Shown here in pieces: positions 8,875 through 18,800 of a DNA stretch of 64,000 nt (position 1 is the stretch's first letter; the number at the start of each line of letters is the position of its first letter). Source of the stretch: an uncultured Hyphomicrobiales bacterium (GTDB lineage Bacteria > Bacteroidota > Ignavibacteria > Kapaibacteriales > UBA2268). A model generated the notes under the pieces. That model worked only from the letters and a program-made list of their open reading frames with translations, was not told where the DNA came from and made no database searches. The DNA is taken from NCBI GenBank assembly GCA_964645005.1, contig CAZXYS010000001.1, positions 158,645 to 222,644 of the forward strand, read 5' to 3'. Both the position numbers and the translations under genes were made by a program.

Positions 8875-9675
8875 TTACCAGTTTTTCTCAAGTTTTTTAT
8901 CTTCGCTTTTTTGCTTCTTCAATTTTTTCTGGACCTGCTGTTCTTCTCTACTAAGAGCTTTTAATATACGAACAGCATCTTTCTTGGAAATCTTCTTTTT
9001 ATCTTTGTCGCCTTTTTCACCTTTTTTACCTTGCTTTTTTTCTGCCTGGCGCTGTTCCATGTTTTTCTTTTGCTGATCTTTATTCTGCTTTTGTTGCTGC
9101 TGCTGTTGATTTTGTTCTTGCTGTTGTTTATTCTGTTTCTGTTGATCCTGCTTATTTTTCTTTTGCTGATCTTTATTCTGCTTTTGTTGATCCTTATTTT
9201 GCTTGTTCTGGTTCTTATTTTTCTGCTGTTGCTGCCGCTTTTTCAATCGCTTTGCGTATTCCAAATTATAGCGTGTTTCATTATCTCTTGGATTGCGCTT
9301 CAATGCTTCCTTATAAGCTTTGATACTCTTGTCGATCTTCTTCGCTTTCAGATATGAATTGCCAAGATTGTGATATGCTTTCGCTATAGTTTTATCGTCG
9401 AGATTTTTCGTAGTTATCTCGAGGAAATTATCCGCCGCTTCCTCGTATTTTTCCTGTTTGTAGAGCGCGTCGCCCAGATTGAAAACGCCCTGATAATGCT
9501 CGCGGCTCTCTTCGAGCGATTTCATGAATTCCACTTCGGCGTCTTCGAATTTTTTCTTCTCGTAAAGGTCGTTGCCCTTACGAATGTAGGACTTCGGATT
9601 TTTGGCAAAAGCCGCTGCCGGCAGCGCCAATGCCGCAAGTATGATAACTACGATTATATTTTTCAGGTTCATCAT
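8875..9675 (-). CDS. BatC-like TPR protein with long Q/K/N-rich low-complexity C-terminal tail
   Basis: Signal peptide plus TPR repeats (YIRKGNDLYEKKKFEDAEVEF; NLGDALYKQEKYEEAADNF; YHNLGNSYLKAKKIDKSIKAYKEAL). The tail then carries about 110 aa of QQKQNKDQQKK-type repeats. Confidence 0.55.
   Translation of the reverse strand: MMNLKNIIVVIILAALALPAAAFAKNPKSYIRKGNDLYEKKKFEDAEVEFMKSLEESREHYQGVFNLGDALYKQEKYEEAADNFLEITTKNLDDKTIAKAYHNLGNSYLKAKKIDKSIKAYKEALKRNPRDNETRYNLEYAKRLKKRQQQQKNKNQNKQNKDQQKQNKDQQKKNKQDQQKQNKQQQEQNQQQQQQKQNKDQQKKNMEQRQAEKKQGKKGEKGDKDKKKISKKDAVRILKALSREEQQVQKKLKKQKSEDKKLEKNW
9020..9240. repeat. in-frame near-tandem DNA repeats encoding the Q/K/N-rich tail of the BatC-like protein
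   Basis: A roughly 35-bp unit (TTTTTCTTTTGCTGATCTTTATTCTGCTTTTGTTG on the + strand) recurs at about 9063 and 9163, and shorter CAGCAAAAG/CAGAATAAA-type units recur throughout. Confidence 0.5.
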
Positions 9676-9703
9676 AAGCCGTCATTTATTTGTTCAAAAA
9701 AAA

Positions 9704-10756
9704 TCAAGACCGACCGCTTTTTTCGACGAATGAAGTAAGCGAAGTAATAAGTTTGTTCTTGCGGTCGGAAAGGAAAAACTCGATAAGCAGGAACAGCAGC
9801 GCTCCCGCTATCAAATACTGAAATCGATCCTCGTAATCGGCAAACATTTTCGAACTGAATTCCTTCTTTTCCATGCCGGAAATATCTTGCAGAAGATTTG
9901 CCAGTTCGGGATCGCCGCCCGTCGAGCGTATAAATTCGCCGTCACCCGCTGCAGCAAGCTGCTGAAGCATAGCTGCGTCCAGCTTTGAGATGATGGTATT
10001 ACCCTGATCATTATTTTTATAGCCCTGCCGAACGCCGTTCTTGTAAACCGGTATAGGACCGCCTTTTATGGTTCCCATACCGATTGTATGGATAATAATG
10101 CCATTATCTGCTGCATCCGCAGCCTTACCAAGGGCATCGTCTTCGTGATTTTCGCCGTCGGTGATGATTATGAGTACTTTATGCTTTTTCTCTTCATCGC
10201 TGTAAGAATCCATTGCCAAATCAATAGCGCTGCCTACGGCAGTCCCCTGCACGGGGATAACATCCGTGTCTATTGTACTTAATATCAGCTTCGCGGCGGA
10301 ATAATCCACAGTCAGCGGCAGCTGCATGAAGGAAGTGCCCGCGAAAGTGATAAGCCCGATGCGGTCATTCCTGAGTTTGTCTATCATTCGTGATATCGCC
10401 TGCTTGGCGCGGTCGAGGCGGTTAGGCTTGATATCTTCGCATTTCATGCTGTTGGAAACATCGAGGGCAATTATTACATCTACCCCTTCTCTCTTATATT
10501 CCTTAAGTTTGCTTCCGATCTGCGGATTGGCGATTCCAAAAATTATAAATGAAAAGCTGATCAAAATCAGGATAAATTTTACGAAAGGCTTGTATTTCGA
10601 AAATTCAGGGTGCAGGTTTTGCAAAAGCAATGGATCGCCGAACTTCGCCATGTCTCTCTTGCGCTTCCACTGCAAGTAGATGAAAATTAGTATCAATAGC
10701 GGTATAATGAATAAACCGTAAAGATAATCACTATTTTCAAGCCTGATTATGTCCAT
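9704..10756 (-). CDS. vWA-domain protein BatA/BatB-like
   Basis: N-terminal TM helices are followed by a von Willebrand factor A domain with a MIDAS motif (DVIIALDVSNSMKCED ... VLIIITDGENHEDD). A C-terminal TM helix follows. Confidence 0.7.
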   Translation of the reverse strand: MDIIRLENSDYLYGLFIIPLLILIFIYLQWKRKRDMAKFGDPLLLQNLHPEFSKYKPFVKFILILISFSFIIFGIANPQIGSKLKEYKREGVDVIIALDVSNSMKCEDIKPNRLDRAKQAISRMIDKLRNDRIGLITFAGTSFMQLPLTVDYSAAKLILSTIDTDVIPVQGTAVGSAIDLAMDSYSDEEKKHKVLIIITDGENHEDDALGKAADAADNGIIIHTIGMGTIKGGPIPVYKNGVRQGYKNNDQGNTIISKLDAAMLQQLAAAGDGEFIRSTGGDPELANLLQDISGMEKKEFSSKMFADYEDRFQYLIAGALLFLLIEFFLSDRKNKLITSLTSFVEKSGRS

Positions 10757-10938
10757 TTTTACCGCTAAATTTAAATTTCCTAAAAATCAATATTTAGATT
10801 CAAAAATTAACAATAAATTTATTAACCAACAATTTTGCCGCTTCTAACGCAAAAATAAAAGTAATCTAAAGTTAAAAATGACCAAAATTACTAGACGAAA
10901 TGTCTTTTCAATAAGTTTACGCTGTTTTGCAAATTTTG

Positions 10939-13900
10939 TTACTTCACTATCTCCATCTTTCTGAAGATCTTATTGGTTGGAGTTCTGAGCACATAGATAT
11001 AAATTCCTGCCGGTAGGTTATCCGGGGCAAAATTCACGCGGTATAAACCAGGCTGGACATCTTCCTCGAATAATGTTTTTACCTTCTTGCCCATTATATC
11101 TATCAAGTAGAGTTCAGTTTTACCATGTTGGATTGTTGAGAAGATGATTTCAGTTTCGTTGCTGAAAGGATTGGGGCGGTTCTGCAGCAGATATTGCTTC
11201 CCGGACTCGAAGAATAGGCGCTCTCCACCGGCATAGCAGAGATCGGTAAGGCAGAATATTGTCGTATCAACGGTGTTGAAAATGTCAGGTGCATTCCAGA
11301 CTACGGAATCAATGATGATCGGGGAACAGGCTGCATCACCCCATGCAGTACGGAAATTGAAATCAGCCAGAAGACCGATTGTATCCTCCCGAACACCACT
11401 TATGGTGATAACATTTTCTCTGTCTCCGTGTGTATGGCAGGTGAAATTTCCAAATGGGAGTAATACTGTTTTATTATACCGCAGATAGACTGTGAAGCTG
11501 TCCGCTTCAACCTTGGTTAGATTTTTTGATGAAGCAAGTGTTATGGGAACGGTGATCTCTTCACCTGCTGCTGCAAAAATAGTGTCAGGCACCGAAAATT
11601 CAGCGCTGGCAATACCCTTCCAGAATTCGAACTCATCAGAGACAGCCGTGCAGCCATTTTTATCATAAATTCTAACTGAATAGCTGCCGGTAGTATCGGG
11701 TACATATTTTCTATCGGCAGCGCCGGGAATAGGAGTACCATCTTTGTACCACTGGTAGTCTTCTGCCGGAGTCGAATAAAGTGAATCCATGACTTTAGTG
11801 ATTTGCGGCTTTGGTGGATTGGGATGAACTGTAACGGTTATAAAGGTATTGCTTTCGCCGGTGCAGCCATTGGCGTCGGTGACTTCTACAGAGTAATCAC
11901 CTGATTTAGTTACTTCTATCATCCTGCTTGTAGAGCCGTCCGACCATTCGTATGATTCGAAACCGGCGTCGGCGATAAGCTCAGTTGTATCTCCTTCGCA
12001 AAATTCGATGGGACCGTTCACAGTTATATCCGGTTCCGGCAAAGGATGAACAGTGACAATGAATTCTTCTGAAACATTTTCGCAGCCGGTAATGTCATTT
12101 CTCTCAAAAACGGTTATCGTTTTGGAACCTGAGCTGGTCCAGTTGACAATAATATTTGCCGCCCCCTGTCCCTCTTTGATATCTCCTCCGGAAACCGACC
12201 AGGTATAGGAGTGGTCAGCGGTCTCGGCTGTTTCATAACTATAGTCGTTGTCTGAGAAGCATAGTTCTCCGGCGCCTCTGATCTTAGGGTGGGGGAGAGG
12301 ATGTTTTGTTACGATAGCAGTATCTCTTCCTTCGCAATCATATTTATCTTTAACTAACACCGAATAAGTACCGGAAGATTTAACTACAATTTGTCTGCTT
12401 GTCTCTCCAGTGCTCCATTTATAACTGTCATATCCGTTGCCTGCATTGAGTATCAGGCTGTCGCCTTCGCAAAATTCCATTTTGCCAGTATTTGAAGTGA
12501 TCTCTGGCAGTAGTTCATCAGCAATATTAACATACATTGTATCGCAGCCAACACAGCCGGTTGTTTTATTTGTATCTATAATTGTGATCTTGCCTGTACC
12601 GCTGCCTGCCCATTTAACTTCAATATTAGTATCATCCATTTTAGGGCTATATGTTGTACTTCCCGATACCGTCCAGGTATATGTATGGTTGGGGTAAGAA
12701 TTTATCCAATAAATAACATTTTCTGAAAAAGCACAGACGCTCTCAGGACCATGTATTAGAGGTGCAGGATTCGGATGAACCGTAAATTCAACAGAATCCC
12801 TGCCGGTACACCCGTTTGAATCGGTTACAGTTACTAAATATTCTCCGGATTCAGACACAGTGATTTTGCTGTCGGTTTCTCCGTGACCCCATTCATATTT
12901 CTCGTAATCTCCTTCAACTGATAGTTCAGAAGAATCACCCTCACAAACTTCAAGATCACCGGTTATTTCCGGTTCCGGCGAATCAAACAATTCGATTTCA
13001 ATCGGTTTTGAAGTTCCCGTACAACCTAAATCGTCGACAACTGTTACATAATATATACCTTCTTTTTTAACCTTAATCTTTTGTGTAGTTTCTCCCGTTG
13101 ACCATGTATATTCTTCGAAACCGTCTGCAGCAAGCAGAACTACGCTGTCCCCCGGGCAAAACGGAACATCCCCTACAATGCCGACATCCGGCACATGCTC
13201 GAAACGGCATATTTTAAGTACAAAAGCATCCGCAGTACCTTCGAAATCTTTCTGGTGTGCAGCATCTGTCACATGAAAATCATCACTTCCGGTAACACCG
13301 CATACCAGTACATGATCTCCCGGATCAGTATCCACACCATAAGCATTATCATCGTATCTTCCGCCAATGTACGAAGCCCATTTTATCTCGCTGGCATCCG
13401 GAGCAGCTTTCAGGATGAAAGCGTCTCCGGTACTTGAGACACCGGTAAATTCATCTTTAAAGGCTCCGTAAGTCAGAGCCAGATCATCACTGTAGGTGTG
13501 CCCGGCAGCCAGGATATTGTCCGAATTATCTACAGCTATAGCTCTGGCGGCGTCATTTTCTTTGCCGCCGTAAAAGCCTGACCAGATTATCTGGCTGCTG
13601 CTATTTATTTTAGTTATTATTACATCGCTTTTTCCGTTTTTCATACTTTGGAACACACCACCGGCACTATGGTAGTCAGCACTGTAAGTTTCACCTGTAA
13701 AAACTATATCATTATTACTATCCACAGCAAGAGAATAACATCGATCTGCTGCTATACCCCCGAAGAGCTTTGAATCCAGATAACTTGACTTATTCGGGGG
13801 AGCGTCAAAACGTGCAATAAAGGCATCGTAGCCTTCGGGTTCTTCACGATCATCTTCACCGGTGACATTAACAGGAAAATTCTTGCTATTAGTAAATCCA

Positions 13901-15342
13901 CCGAAAACAATATCACCATTTTTATCATAAGCTGCCGTGCGAGCTTCATCAGTGCTGTCGCCCCCGAAATAAGTGCCCCAGATGTATCTGCCGTCAAGTG
14001 TCATCCTCGCAAGAAAACCATCGGCATTGCCGTACTGATCTTTGTCAAACCCGCTATCTGACGTAATAATATTTTTACTTTTAGTCCACCCGGTAATAGC
14101 TAGTTCTACTCCATTTTTGACCGCAATACCGTAGAAGTGCTCTTCTTTCTCGCCGCCGTAATATGTTGACCAGATGAGTTGTCCGACACTGTTAAATTTT
14201 GCTATGAATCCGTCAGTGCCTTCGTTAATGGGACCATTAAAAGTTTTGTCCATGGCATCATCGGTTACGGGAAAGTTCCGGCTCCAGGTGAATCCTGTGA
14301 GATAAATATTGTCGTATTCATCAAAGTCAAGATCCTGTGCATAATCTGTCTCTTCACCACCGAAATAGGTAGCCCAGAGAAGATTACCGCTGTTATCTAA
14401 TTTGATTATAAACGCATCGAAGAAGCCGTTCCTTTTTTGCTGGTGGGCGCCGGGGCTTACAGGGAAGTCTATACTCAGCGTTCTTCCTGTCACTACCGTA
14501 TTGTTTCTGCTGTCAATTTTCAGAGATTGGGCATGCTCGCCATTGGAACCGCCGTAATATGTGGACCAGAGTAAATTTGGGTCGATGACAAGTTTGTTGC
14601 TTTTGTTGTAGTCACCAATTTCAAAAGATATGCTGTGGTCTTTGATTGAATATCCGCAAGAAATTTCTTCCTTGGTATATTCATTTTCATGAATCTGATA
14701 AGCATAGGGACTTTCTTCTCTGATAATGCCATTATATGTTTTGATCTGCAGTGAATTGTCATCTAAAAGCTCTAATTGCGCTGAACTTGAATATGTCATT
14801 TTGATTGTGTCAGGATTGGCGCCAGGATGAAGAATAAAATCATATTTAAGCTTGTTTTTTCGCTGTGAATGATAAAAGACAAGATCGATATTTTCATAAA
14901 TATTTTTGTAGATGATCTTTTGGGAAGCAATTAGATTTTCAAATCTTTCTGAAGAACCTTTGTAGAAATTTATCTTCTGAGAGAGAGTATCACCTGATAT
15001 TACCTTTGCATCCGAATTACAACCTTCGAAACTCAGGTCAATTCTTTCAATTTGACAGTCCTCTTTAGAAAAATCTTTAATATCAGTAAGATTTGAATAT
15101 TCCGGGAAAACATAGCTGATGCCTGTTTTTCTGAAGAACAACTTCGAATTATGTTCACCTGTATAAAATAGAATATCATCGCAGCTTTTACCGTTGATAC
15201 CGGTAACCTGCCCCTTATTTTCAATAAAAAAATTGTTACCGTCGATCAGATTTTCCGTCGAGTAAACAAGGGATTTGTTAAAAAAAAGTGAAAAGAAAAC
15301 AATAATAATGAACTTTAAACCGTATTTTTCGAAGATATTCAT
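10939..15342 (-). CDS. large secreted beta-propeller/Ig-repeat protein with T9SS C-terminal sorting domain
   Basis: Signal peptide, repeated SBBP-like beta-propeller motifs (YYGG..D.A..IA.D..GN....G.T.S.DFPV) and repeated Ig-like CEGDS...Y.WS.GET modules. The C-terminus NRPNPFSNETEIIFST...GIYIYVLRTPTNKIFRKMEIVK is the Por/T9SS type-A CTD (TIGR04183-like). Confidence 0.7.
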   Translation of the reverse strand: MNIFEKYGLKFIIIVFFSLFFNKSLVYSTENLIDGNNFFIENKGQVTGINGKSCDDILFYTGEHNSKLFFRKTGISYVFPEYSNLTDIKDFSKEDCQIERIDLSFEGCNSDAKVISGDTLSQKINFYKGSSERFENLIASQKIIYKNIYENIDLVFYHSQRKNKLKYDFILHPGANPDTIKMTYSSSAQLELLDDNSLQIKTYNGIIREESPYAYQIHENEYTKEEISCGYSIKDHSISFEIGDYNKSNKLVIDPNLLWSTYYGGSNGEHAQSLKIDSRNNTVVTGRTLSIDFPVSPGAHQQKRNGFFDAFIIKLDNSGNLLWATYFGGEETDYAQDLDFDEYDNIYLTGFTWSRNFPVTDDAMDKTFNGPINEGTDGFIAKFNSVGQLIWSTYYGGEKEEHFYGIAVKNGVELAITGWTKSKNIITSDSGFDKDQYGNADGFLARMTLDGRYIWGTYFGGDSTDEARTAAYDKNGDIVFGGFTNSKNFPVNVTGEDDREEPEGYDAFIARFDAPPNKSSYLDSKLFGGIAADRCYSLAVDSNNDIVFTGETYSADYHSAGGVFQSMKNGKSDVIITKINSSSQIIWSGFYGGKENDAARAIAVDNSDNILAAGHTYSDDLALTYGAFKDEFTGVSSTGDAFILKAAPDASEIKWASYIGGRYDDNAYGVDTDPGDHVLVCGVTGSDDFHVTDAAHQKDFEGTADAFVLKICRFEHVPDVGIVGDVPFCPGDSVVLLAADGFEEYTWSTGETTQKIKVKKEGIYYVTVVDDLGCTGTSKPIEIELFDSPEPEITGDLEVCEGDSSELSVEGDYEKYEWGHGETDSKITVSESGEYLVTVTDSNGCTGRDSVEFTVHPNPAPLIHGPESVCAFSENVIYWINSYPNHTYTWTVSGSTTYSPKMDDTNIEVKWAGSGTGKITIIDTNKTTGCVGCDTMYVNIADELLPEITSNTGKMEFCEGDSLILNAGNGYDSYKWSTGETSRQIVVKSSGTYSVLVKDKYDCEGRDTAIVTKHPLPHPKIRGAGELCFSDNDYSYETAETADHSYTWSVSGGDIKEGQGAANIIVNWTSSGSKTITVFERNDITGCENVSEEFIVTVHPLPEPDITVNGPIEFCEGDTTELIADAGFESYEWSDGSTSRMIEVTKSGDYSVEVTDANGCTGESNTFITVTVHPNPPKPQITKVMDSLYSTPAEDYQWYKDGTPIPGAADRKYVPDTTGSYSVRIYDKNGCTAVSDEFEFWKGIASAEFSVPDTIFAAAGEEITVPITLASSKNLTKVEADSFTVYLRYNKTVLLPFGNFTCHTHGDRENVITISGVREDTIGLLADFNFRTAWGDAACSPIIIDSVVWNAPDIFNTVDTTIFCLTDLCYAGGERLFFESGKQYLLQNRPNPFSNETEIIFSTIQHGKTELYLIDIMGKKVKTLFEEDVQPGLYRVNFAPDNLPAGIYIYVLRTPTNKIFRKMEIVK

Positions 15343-15696
15343 CAGATTTTTTCAGATTTGTTGAATGAACAGTTAAAAATATTGAGAAAAATTTTATTAA
15401 CTAATATAGTAACACTTTTTAACATTAAAAAACGTTTAACTTTAAAATAAATGGCATGGTTTTAGTATTTACATTGTATTTTATGTAAAATTAATAGGAT
15501 TAACAGGAAAAATAGAATTTTTTATCGAAGATATTTATTAATATAAAATTGTATCATAAATTTGCACTTAGTCATAACAAAATAAATATAACTTGTTGAA
15601 GCAAAAATCTCGGTTTATATTGAATTTTCAAAAAATTAGGAGATCACTATAGAAATAACACTGCTACAATTTTTATATAAGTAACATATTGTTCAT

Positions 15697-15804
15697 CGGT
15701 TAACGAGTTCGATACGGTTAAGAGCGGTAAAATACAAAACAAAGGTGAGTGGTGATCATAACGGTTACTTAATAAACCATTATTTTGGAATATAATCGGT
15801 TAAG
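15697..15804 (+). promoter_or_regulatory. cluster of CGGTTAA(G) motif copies around the sprA-like start (candidate operator, speculative)
   Basis: CGGTTAA occurs at about 15697, 15715 and 15798, with variants CGGTAAA at about 15725 and CGGTTAC at about 15762. ACGGTTAAGA occurs twice. The cluster lies in the 440-bp AT-rich divergent promoter region and runs into the first codons of the sprA-like gene. Confidence 0.2.
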
Positions 15805-18800
15805 AATTTTGCGTAGCAGTGAAAAAAAAATATTTACAATAATTATATTTTCAATAATATTATTCTTTACTACCGGTCAAACCGGTAGAAGTTCCCAATT
15901 CTTTACAGACTACTTTTCTACTTATAACTACTCCACATATAATCTCCTCAATTATAATTATTTCCTTTTCAGCCCTTTCAATCCATCTTACTTTAATTTG
16001 CTTTGGCAGGATCTTGATGAAGCCGCCTCACCAAAAGATTCAAGCTATTTCGACAAAGGACTGATGTATGACAAGGAAAATCTCGGTAGATATGAAGAAC
16101 TTCGCAGCAGATTTGGCTTCTATGAAAATTACATTCCGGAAGGTTATGAATATTCCGCCGAAATGGATTCTTCCGGCGAGAGATTTAGAACAAGGGAAAC
16201 CTTCGATAGCATAAACATTACCTACCCTTATGAATTAAGCCTTGATGAATACTTAGAGCTTAGAAAGAATAAATTAACAGATAATATCTGGGATTCGCTT
16301 ACCGCCGATTATGATCTTAAAAAGTCACTTTCCGGAGGAGATATAGCCAGATTGCTGGGGCAGGCTACGGGAATTGCTATTCCAGTACCGCCCAATCCGG
16401 TTATTAACATTTTTGGTAAGCCTGAGATAAGCATTAATGTAAACGGGGAAGTGAACCTTAGAATGGGCTTCCGCTGGGATTCGCAGAATTTGGGTACTGT
16501 ATCGGCATTCGGGCAGACGCAGGCTTCGCCTATGTTTAATCAGGACATAAGGGTGAACGTAAGCGGTAGAATAGGAGATAAACTCAAACTGGGCACCGAC
16601 TGGAACACACGCAGGACTTTCGATCATGATAACCAGTTCAAGATAGGATATGAAGGCGAAGACGATGATATTATCAAGCTGGTCGAAGTGGGTAATGTCA
16701 GCCTGCCGCTGGAATCGCAGTTAATCGGCGGTGGAGATGCCCTGTTCGGTGTTCGTGCTGATTTTCAGTTCGGTCCATTATTCCTGAAAACATTGTTTTC
16801 ACAGAGACGCGGCGAAAGGAAATTTGTTGACGTCCGCGGCGGCGTCAGCAGGCAGTACTTCCGATTGCATGCTTATGATTATGCCAAGAATCACTTCTTC
16901 CTTGATACAGCATATAAAACTATTTATGATTCATATTTTGAGAATCCCTCTTCACCTGTAATTAAAAATGATAATAGTGAAGCCAACTATATGCGAATAA
17001 AAGAAATAGAAGTATGGGAAACTACAAATGATGTCCGTGATGTTCATTCTGCCGAAGCGGTTGCTTTTGCTGATCTGGAACCTATTAAAAGTAAACAGGG
17101 GGAAACGTATTCTAATTCTAAGAAAAGTGAACCGATGGAAGCAGGAAAAATTGAAAGCGGAAGATTTATGAGGTTAGATTCAAACCGATATCGAGTAAAC
17201 CGTAATCTTGGGACATTAACGATTTTGAATCTTCGTCAGGATCGTACTTATGCCGTTGCTTTTAGGACTGAAGGAAAAGATGCCAATACTCCCAATGATG
17301 ATGAATATTATGGCACATTCTCACAGCATGCAAAAACTAAGGATACGCTGATCCTTAGACTGGTATACCGACCAAATCTGCAGCCTAAATTTGAAACTCT
17401 ATGGGACAGGCAGATGAAGAATATATACTCCATCAATGCCACAAATGTTAACAGGGATGAAACAGAGATAGGTGTCTGGTATATAAATCAATCAAATGAT
17501 TCTACTGATGTATTGCAGGGTGCTCCTGACAAGCTTTTAAAAATTTTAGGTGTTGACAACGTAACTAATAGTACAGGTTCAAAGCCCCCTGACGGTAAAT
17601 TTGACCTTAAGGAGCCATTTTTCAATGCCCAATACGGAGAGATAACCTTTCCTGACACCAGACCTTTTGACAGCGGGTTAGTAGAATATTTCGAAGAACA
17701 AGGTAACGCGCAATTGGCTCAACAATACACTTTCCCGGAAGTGTATGATACAACTTATGACATTGCCCGATTGAATGCCAATCGCGATAGATTTATTATC
17801 TCCGGCTACGTCTCCGGCAGGGCTACTAACAAAATATCTCTCGGGGCTTTTAATCTGGCTCAAGGGAGCGTGAAAATCACCCTTGACGGAAAGCAACTCC
17901 GCGAATATGAAGACTATATAGTTGACTATTACGCCGGTACGGTTACTCTTAGAAATCCAAGAGCCACTCTGCCAAACGCTGACCTGCAAATTCAATATGA
18001 GCAGCACGATGTTTTTAATATTTCAACCAGAACTTTAGCAGGAATACGGGGTGATTATATCGTCGAGCGCAATAGAAGAATGGAAGCTATGTTAGGTTTT
18101 ACCGTAATGCATTATGACCAATCGGCTCTTATCGACCGTGTACGAATTGGCGAAGAGCCTGTTTCAAACACAATGCTCGGGCTCGATGGAAGCCTTCAGT
18201 GGGATACTCCCTGGATGACCAAGATGCTCGATATGCTGCCTTTTTATGATACAAAAGCTAAATCCCACCTTAATGTTGGTGGTGAACTCGCAATGATCCT
18301 GCCTACTCCAAACAAGAGAGAATCAAATGTATCATCGGATAATGGCGAACCGGTAGTTTATATTGATGATTTTGAGGGAGCACAAAGACAAATATCTTTG
18401 GGGCTTAATCCCACGCAGTGGTCGCATTCATCGCCGCCCGTAGATTCTTCTATTGCTTTAGATGATACAAGCAGAGCCAAATACAGAGGAAAAATGTTCT
18501 GGTTTCAGTATTTTATACCTCGAGTTCCAATTAAAGATATATGGCCCAACCGCTCAACACTTACAGGCAGATCAAAGGTGAGTCCTTTAGAAATTTTGTT
18601 TGATCCCAATTTCAGAGGCATCTATAATAATAATCCCGAGTATCTCGATCCCCGAAATCCTGATTACGATTCTACCGATGCCTTCGCTTTTAAACCTGAG
18701 AATAGGGAGAAAATCTGGGGCGGTATGATGCGCCTATTTTCTTCGTTCAATACGAACTTCGATACTGAGAATATCGAGTATATTGAAATTATGATGCGGG

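Noticed and set aside
9031-9357. 108-aa poly-Leu ORF on + strand
   Set aside because: Antisense of the repetitive Q/K-rich coding region of the BatC-like gene. It is a low-complexity artefact.
15785-15790. Start codon of the sprA-like gene
   Set aside because: Only a note. The ORF track implies a TTG start, and no in-frame ATG alternative exists near the signal peptide, so the TTG start was kept as given.
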